Shown: positions 59,724-64,000 of the stretch, one piece after another
Layout: every line of letters begins with the position of its first letter
Position numbering within the stretch: position 1 is the first letter of the stretch
Source of the DNA: Patescibacteria group bacterium
GTDB lineage: Bacteria > Patescibacteriota > Patescibacteriia > UBA2591 > JABMQE01
Assembly: GCA_018896645.1 (NCBI GenBank)
Contig: JAHIMF010000041.1
Location: 1,980 to 65,979 of the forward strand
Length of the DNA: 64,000 bases
Reading direction: 5' to 3'
Made by a program: the position numbers and the translations under genes
Notes under the pieces: generated by a model
The model's database searches: none
Told to the model about the DNA's origin: nothing
Seen by the model: the letters and a program-made list of their open reading frames with translations, nothing else

Positions 59724-61442
59724 ATGAAATCTAAATTTACCCTGAACCATTCTTCTAGTTCTTCAAATGTACAGATTAAGAGCGATAGGAATAAAAATTT
59801 TTCAAGAAAATTTAAGTTATCTACAAAAGGTACAGGGTTTATTTTTGTAGTTGGAGGAGTGATGTCAGGCATTGGTAAAGGTACCACCACGGCTTCCATT
59901 GGCAAGATTTTGCAAAGCCGCGGTTTTAAAGTTACGGCGGTAAAAATCGATCCCTATATCAATGTTGACGCCGGCACTATGAATCCAATTGAGCATGGTG
60001 AGGTTTTTGTAACTGATGACGGCGATGAGACGGATCAGGATATTGGTAATTATGAACGATTTTTAGACCAAGATATTACCACTGATAATTATATGACCAC
60101 GGGCCGGGTTTATGAAACCGTGATTCATAAAGAAAGAAATTTGGACTATGGCGGTAAGTGCGTAGAAGTAGTGCCCCATATTCCCGAGGAAGTAATCAGG
60201 CGGATTGAAAAAGTAGCTCGTAGGGGCTACGATTTTGTTTTGATAGAGGTTGGCGGGACAGTAGGGGAATATCAGAATATTTTATTTCTTGAGGCGGCTC
60301 GAATGATGAAAATAAAACACCCTGGAGATGTTTTATTTGTTTTAGTCAGTTATTTACCCATCCCCGCTAAAATAGGCGAGATGAAAACCAAACCAACGCA
60401 GTATGCCGCGCGCACTTTAAATTCAGCCGGGATTCAGCCGGATTTTATTATTTGTCGTTCAGAGAAACCTTTGGACAAGCCACGGAAGCAGAAGATATCT
60501 ATTTTTTGTAATATTCAGCCAGAAGATGTTATTAGCGCTCCAGATGCGGATTCTATTTACGAAATTCCGGTTAATTTTGAGAAAGATAAAATTGGCGAGA
60601 GGATTTTGAACAAATTTGGGCTTAAATGCGGTAAAAAGGATTTAAAGGATTATAAAAAATTAAATCAAACAGTAAAAAGAGTCAAACGCCAGGTAACCAT
60701 TGGAATAATTGGCAAGTATTTTGCCACTGGCAAGTTTGTGCTTTCTGATGCATATATTTCGGTGATTGAAGCCGTTAAGCATGCTTGCTGGGGGCACAAA
60801 CGAAAACCAGAAATTTTATGGTTGAACAGCGAGGAGTATGAGCAAGATAAAAAGAAATTAAATGAACTTAAAAAATTAGACGGAATTATTATTCCTGGTG
60901 GTTTTGGCTCCAGGGGGGTGAAAGGTAAAATTTTGGTTATTCAATATGCGCGAAAGAATAACGTTCCTTATTTAGGACTATGCTATGGCATGCAGTTAGC
61001 CACGGTGGAATTTGCGCGCAATGTTTGCGGTATGCGAGGTGCGCATACTACGGAGATTGAGTCAGATACCAAATATCCGGTGATTCACGTGATGCCAGAC
61101 CAGGAAAAGAAACTTTTGGCTCGTGATTATGGCGGGACCATGAGATTGGGCGCCTGGCCATGCGTTTTAAAAAAAGGCACTAAGAGCTCCAAAGCCTACG
61201 GCCAGCGAAAGATAGAAGAACGGCACCGGCATCGGTATGAGTTAAATAATAAATACAGAGAAAGATTAGAGAAAAAAGGTTTGAATATTGCCGGCACTTC
61301 ACCGGATGGCAAGCTGGTAGAAATCATTGAACTGCCTAAACATAAGTTTTTTGTGGGGGTGCAGTTTCATCCGGAGTTTAAAAGCCGGCCATTGCGTCCG
61401 CACCCGTTGTTTCGGGAATTTGTGAAAGCGGCGATTAGCTGA
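59724..61442 (+). CDS. pyrG: CTP synthase with a 34-aa N-terminal insertion
   Basis: FIFVVGGVMSGIGKG, KIDPYINVDAGTMNP.EHGEVFVT, KTKPTQ, PGGFG.RG, LGLCYGMQ, ERHRHRYE, QFHPEF. Confidence 0.97.
   Translation: MKSKFTLNHSSSSSNVQIKSDRNKNFSRKFKLSTKGTGFIFVVGGVMSGIGKGTTTASIGKILQSRGFKVTAVKIDPYINVDAGTMNPIEHGEVFVTDDGDETDQDIGNYERFLDQDITTDNYMTTGRVYETVIHKERNLDYGGKCVEVVPHIPEEVIRRIEKVARRGYDFVLIEVGGTVGEYQNILFLEAARMMKIKHPGDVLFVLVSYLPIPAKIGEMKTKPTQYAARTLNSAGIQPDFIICRSEKPLDKPRKQKISIFCNIQPEDVISAPDADSIYEIPVNFEKDKIGERILNKFGLKCGKKDLKDYKKLNQTVKRVKRQVTIGIIGKYFATGKFVLSDAYISVIEAVKHACWGHKRKPEILWLNSEEYEQDKKKLNELKKLDGIIIPGGFGSRGVKGKILVIQYARKNNVPYLGLCYGMQLATVEFARNVCGMRGAHTTEIESDTKYPVIHVMPDQEKKLLARDYGGTMRLGAWPCVLKKGTKSSKAYGQRKIEERHRHRYELNNKYRERLEKKGLNIAGTSPDGKLVEIIELPKHKFFVGVQFHPEFKSRPLRPHPLFREFVKAAIS
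59740..59837. mobile_element. MITE-like in-frame insertion in pyrG
   Basis: Ends CCCTGAACC / GGTACAGGG (8/9 inverted), flanked by direct TTTA (59736-59739, 59838-59841); removal gives MKSKFIFVVGG. Confidence 0.75.
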
Positions 61443-61482
61443 TTAATTTGCTTTTTCTAATTTTATGTGTTATACTTGAACA

Positions 61483-61779
61483 ATGAGCACTAAAGAAATT
61501 CAGGAAAAAATTATTTCAGAACTCCCCGTTTTAAAGGAAAAATACCAGGTTAAAAAGCTGGGTATTTTTGGTTCAAGGGTTCGGGGAGATGATGAGCCGG
61601 GGTGTGACGGCGATACAGACATTATGGTAGAATTTTATTCTCCACCCGGTTTTTTTGATTTTATTAGGTTAGAAAATTTTTTAGCTAAGACCTTAAACAA
61701 GAAAGTTGATTTGGTGACGAAGAAGGCCTTGAAGCCAGCGATTAAAAAAGGGGTTTTAAAAGAAATGGTTTATGTCTAA
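61483..61779 (+). CDS. Minimal nucleotidyltransferase (MntA-type antitoxin)
   Basis: IFGS.VRG...D.D, KVDLVT; promoter TTGCTT, 17 nt, TATACT ends 6 nt before the ATG. Confidence 0.88.
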   Translation: MSTKEIQEKIISELPVLKEKYQVKKLGIFGSRVRGDDEPGCDGDTDIMVEFYSPPGFFDFIRLENFLAKTLNKKVDLVTKKALKPAIKKGVLKEMVYV

Positions 61780-62094
61780 AAGAGAGGCAAAACTTTATTT
61801 TGACGACATAAAAGATTCTATTAGGAAAATAGAAAGATATACAAGTGGTTTATCCCACAATGAGTTTGTAAATGATGCGATGAGGGTTGATGCGGTGGTG
61901 AGGAATTTGTCTGTTATTGGCGACCAGTGGAAATAAAATCTCAACATCCTCTTATTCCTTGGGAGGAAGTTATTGGAATGAGAAACAAAGTTATTCATGA
62001 GTATTTTGGGGTTGATGAAGATATTCTGTGGAAAACGGTCAAAGAGGATTTGCCAGTTTTCAAAGAACAGATTGATGAACTTTTGGATTTTTAA
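61772..62094 (+). pseudogene. Frameshifted HepT/DUF86 (HEPN) toxin
   Basis: MSKREAKLYFDDI...DAVVRNLSVIG, then a frame change near 61922 into PVEIKSQHPLIPWEEVIGMRNKVIHEYFGVD...; RxxxxH motif lies in the second frame. Confidence 0.85.
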
Positions 62095-62152
62095 ATTATT
62101 GCGGCGATTAAATAGTCATAATTCACAAGGCATGTAACAGGAGGGATGAGGG

Positions 62153-62296
62153 ATGGATAATCAGGGGTTTTGGTTTGCGCTGTTTGTTTTTGTGGTTGTA
62201 ATTGCTGGTTTATGGTATTCTGCTACGTTTAGCAGGAAGGTACTTAGTGATTTATGGCATGCTTTAATTGGGATGCCGGAGGAGGATGAGGATTAA
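62153..62296 (+). CDS. Small single-TM protein (47 aa), absent from the ORF track
   Basis: AGGAGGG RBS 7 nt upstream; MDNQGFWFALFVFVVVIAGLWYSATFSRKVLSDLWHALIGMPEEDED; followed by a terminator. Confidence 0.65.
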   Translation: MDNQGFWFALFVFVVVIAGLWYSATFSRKVLSDLWHALIGMPEEDED

Positions 62297-62312
62297 TATC
62301 AGGAAATAAAAC

Positions 62313-62351
62313 AAATCCGCCGCTCAAGAGTAGAGAGTGACGGATTTTTTT
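62313..62351 (+). terminator. Intrinsic terminator
   Basis: ATCCGCCGCTC...GAGTGACGGAT stem followed by a T-tract. Confidence 0.7.
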
Positions 62352-62357
62352 ATGTAA

Positions 62358-62393
62358 CACTCCTACATTCCGATATATCGGAATGTAGGAGTG
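62358..62393. repeat. Perfect 36-bp palindrome
   Basis: CACTCCTACATTCCGATA|TATCGGAATGTAGGAGTG. Confidence 0.9.
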
Positions 62394-62417
62394 AACTAAA
62401 TTGGGTAATGATATAAG

Positions 62418-62451
62418 AAAAAAAAACCACAAGCGGGTGCTCGTGGCTTTA
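62418..62451 (-). terminator. Intrinsic terminator for the rpmA operon
   Basis: A9, CCACAAGC...GCTCGTGG stem. Confidence 0.65.
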
Positions 62452-62471
62452 TTATTTGTGCAGGAACGGCG

Positions 62472-62834
62472 CTATTCAGGGATCGCTTCCAGGCACCTTT
62501 GGGCATCAGCTTGTTGTTCTGTCGCTTTTTTCCTCCAGGAATAAATGGCGCCTCTCAAGTAGAAACTCCTCCACCTCCTATCTAAAGGGTCTTGTTGGAA
62601 ACGATAAAGCAGGTATTCCAGAAGACCAGCGTCATGAGCGTCAGCCCATTCCATCAGCCCTCCAAAAAGAGGCCCAAAACAGCATTCAGCTATTTGTCTT
62701 TTATTGTCATCATGCGTGAAGCTTACATCAGCTCCTTCTGGATGAGTTATGCCGCAATTCTCACAACTTATTCCTATGTCAGAACCAGCAGTTCCGTATA
62801 CACAGTGGACAAAGTGTTCAAGTTCACTCATCAT
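62472..62834 (-). CDS. Cys-rich hypothetical protein (possible Zn binding)
   Basis: AAGGAG RBS before ATG 62834; HCVHC, CENC...H, ECC motifs. Confidence 0.65.
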   Translation of the reverse strand: MMSELEHFVHCVYGTAGSDIGISCENCGITHPEGADVSFTHDDNKRQIAECCFGPLFGGLMEWADAHDAGLLEYLLYRFQQDPLDRRWRSFYLRGAIYSWRKKATEQQADAQRCLEAIPE

Positions 62835-62865
62835 GACTTTCTCCTTTTTATTTTTGTAGTTGAAT

Positions 62866-63147
62866 TTATTTCTCCGGCACAATATTGACAAAATTTGTCA
62901 ACCTTAATTCGCCAGTAAATTTTTTTACCTTCTTTTTTACAAATTTAACAATACCAGGAGCTGTGGCGAAAAGAGTGTCGTCATTGCCGCGTTTGACATT
63001 TTCGCCGGCGTGATATTTAGTTCCCCGTTGGCGGATTATAATAGCGCCGGCTTTGGCAAGTTGTCCGCCGTATAATTTTACGCCCAATCTTTGTGATTGT
63101 GAGTCGCGGCCAAGGGCTGTTGAGCCGCCCGCTTTTTTATGCGCCAT
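62866..63147 (-). CDS. rpmA: 50S ribosomal protein L27
   Basis: [15 protein letters not shown]...RLGVK..GGQ...[22 protein letters not shown]. Confidence 0.98.
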   Translation of the reverse strand: MAHKKAGGSTALGRDSQSQRLGVKLYGGQLAKAGAIIIRQRGTKYHAGENVKRGNDDTLFATAPGIVKFVKKKVKKFTGELRLTNFVNIVPEK

Positions 63148-63193
63148 ACTTTGTTATTTATTATTTATTATTTATCTATTTATTATTCAATAA

Positions 63194-63292
63194 TGTCATT
63201 GCGAGCGACTGTAGGACTTGATAAATAAGAGTAATCTTTGTGATAGTCAAATTTAGGTAGACAGCAAGTCCAAAAAAGAGCGAAGCAATCCC
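63194..63292. repeat. GTCATTGCGAG...GAAGCAATC REP-like unit split by an inverted-repeat insert
   Basis: TGTCATTGCGAGCGAC (63194-63209) and GAGCGAAGCAATCCC (63278-63292) separated by GGACTTG...CAAGTCC (63214-63271). Confidence 0.65.
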
Positions 63293-63328
63293 GATGCTAT
63301 CCTGTAGACATAATTCCTGCTTGTTTTT

Positions 63329-63357
63329 AGAATATCATGCGAAGTGCAGCTTGTCAA
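63329..63357 (-). promoter_or_regulatory. Sigma70 promoter for rpmA
   Basis: TTGACA (63357-63352), 17 nt, TATTCT with an extended TG. Confidence 0.65.
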
Positions 63358-63385
63358 GAGAGGGTTTTGAGGGTAAGATTGAAGT

Positions 63386-64000
63386 ATGCGATATTTACTT
63401 ATATTATTTATAATTTTAAGTTTTGCTGGTTGTAAAAAACAGGTGGCTGATTTTAATGATTCGTTTAATGTGATAGAGAAAAATTTGGCTTTGGTGAATA
63501 AATATAACAAAGTTAAGGAAGAGATTGGGGCTATTCGTGAAAAAATAGAAGACTATAATAAAGAACTGCTTGAGGAAGGGGATATGGAAATTGAGGAATC
63601 TATACCTCAAGCGACTTCAACTCCGGCTCCAGCGGAAGAACTTATCATTCCTGATACTTTTGATTTGCCAGTTAAATTTGCGCCCCAATCGCCGTTTGCG
63701 GTTTGGGACGATTTGCATAATGAAGCTTGTGAAGAAGCGGCCATGATTATCGCGGAAAAATATTTAAAAAATGAGAATTTAGATAAGCAGATTATGGAAG
63801 ATGAGATTCAAGAGTTGATAAAATGGGAGGAGGAGCAGGGTTATACGATTGATGTAACAGCGGCTGAAACCGTTGAGATTCTAGAAGATTATTTTGGGCT
63901 TAAAGCCGAGGTTACAAACGAGGTTACGGTTGAGCGGATTAAGCAAGAATTAGTTTTGGGTAAGATAGTTATTACACCCCACGCGGGTCGCCAATTAGGC
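63386..64000 (+). CDS. Lipoprotein with a C39-like cysteine peptidase domain (runs off the window)
   Basis: MRYLLILFIILSFAGC lipobox; LPVKFAPQSPFAVW...NEACEEAA motif; frame open to the window end. Confidence 0.8.
   Translation, partial: MRYLLILFIILSFAGCKKQVADFNDSFNVIEKNLALVNKYNKVKEEIGAIREKIEDYNKELLEEGDMEIEESIPQATSTPAPAEELIIPDTFDLPVKFAPQSPFAVWDDLHNEACEEAAMIIAEKYLKNENLDKQIMEDEIQELIKWEEEQGYTIDVTAAETVEILEDYFGLKAEVTNEVTVERIKQELVLGKIVITPHAGRQLG

Overview
AT-rich bacterial window read in genetic code 11 (TGA is used as a stop). Gene content (PEGA-domain protein, S8/FG-GAP protease, C39-like lipoprotein, O-antigen-ligase/TPR protein, scarce Shine-Dalgarno signals) suggests a Patescibacteria/CPR (Parcubacteria-like) genome; this is inference, as no marker phylogeny was run. 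About 49 kb (1-48880) is one large surface-glycan locus. It holds GT2/GT4/GT-C glycosyltransferases, a priming phosphoglycosyl transferase, a ligase, flippase-like proteins, deacetylases, acetyl/methyl/aminotransferases and a dTDP-rhamnose pathway. It also contains five cobalamin-binding radical SAM paralogs and a CotH-CotH-VTC-DUF4956 cassette. The rest carries housekeeping genes (murA, ctpA-like, rplI, pyrG, rpmA) interrupted by small antisense islands. Highlights: (1) the CotH/VTC/DUF4956 cassette, a candidate polyphosphate-fed extracytoplasmic phosphorylation system; (2) a 341-aa LAGLIDADG intein in RmlB; (3) many small palindromic or periodic elements that nest inside one another and insert in-frame into proteins, including a 34-codon insertion with inverted ends and a target duplication in PyrG; (4) a plant-type epimerase/reductase with no RmlC nearby; (5) a twice-broken HEAT-peptidase gene with an FCB-type secretion C-terminal domain. 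All calls come from reading motifs by eye; no database searches were run.
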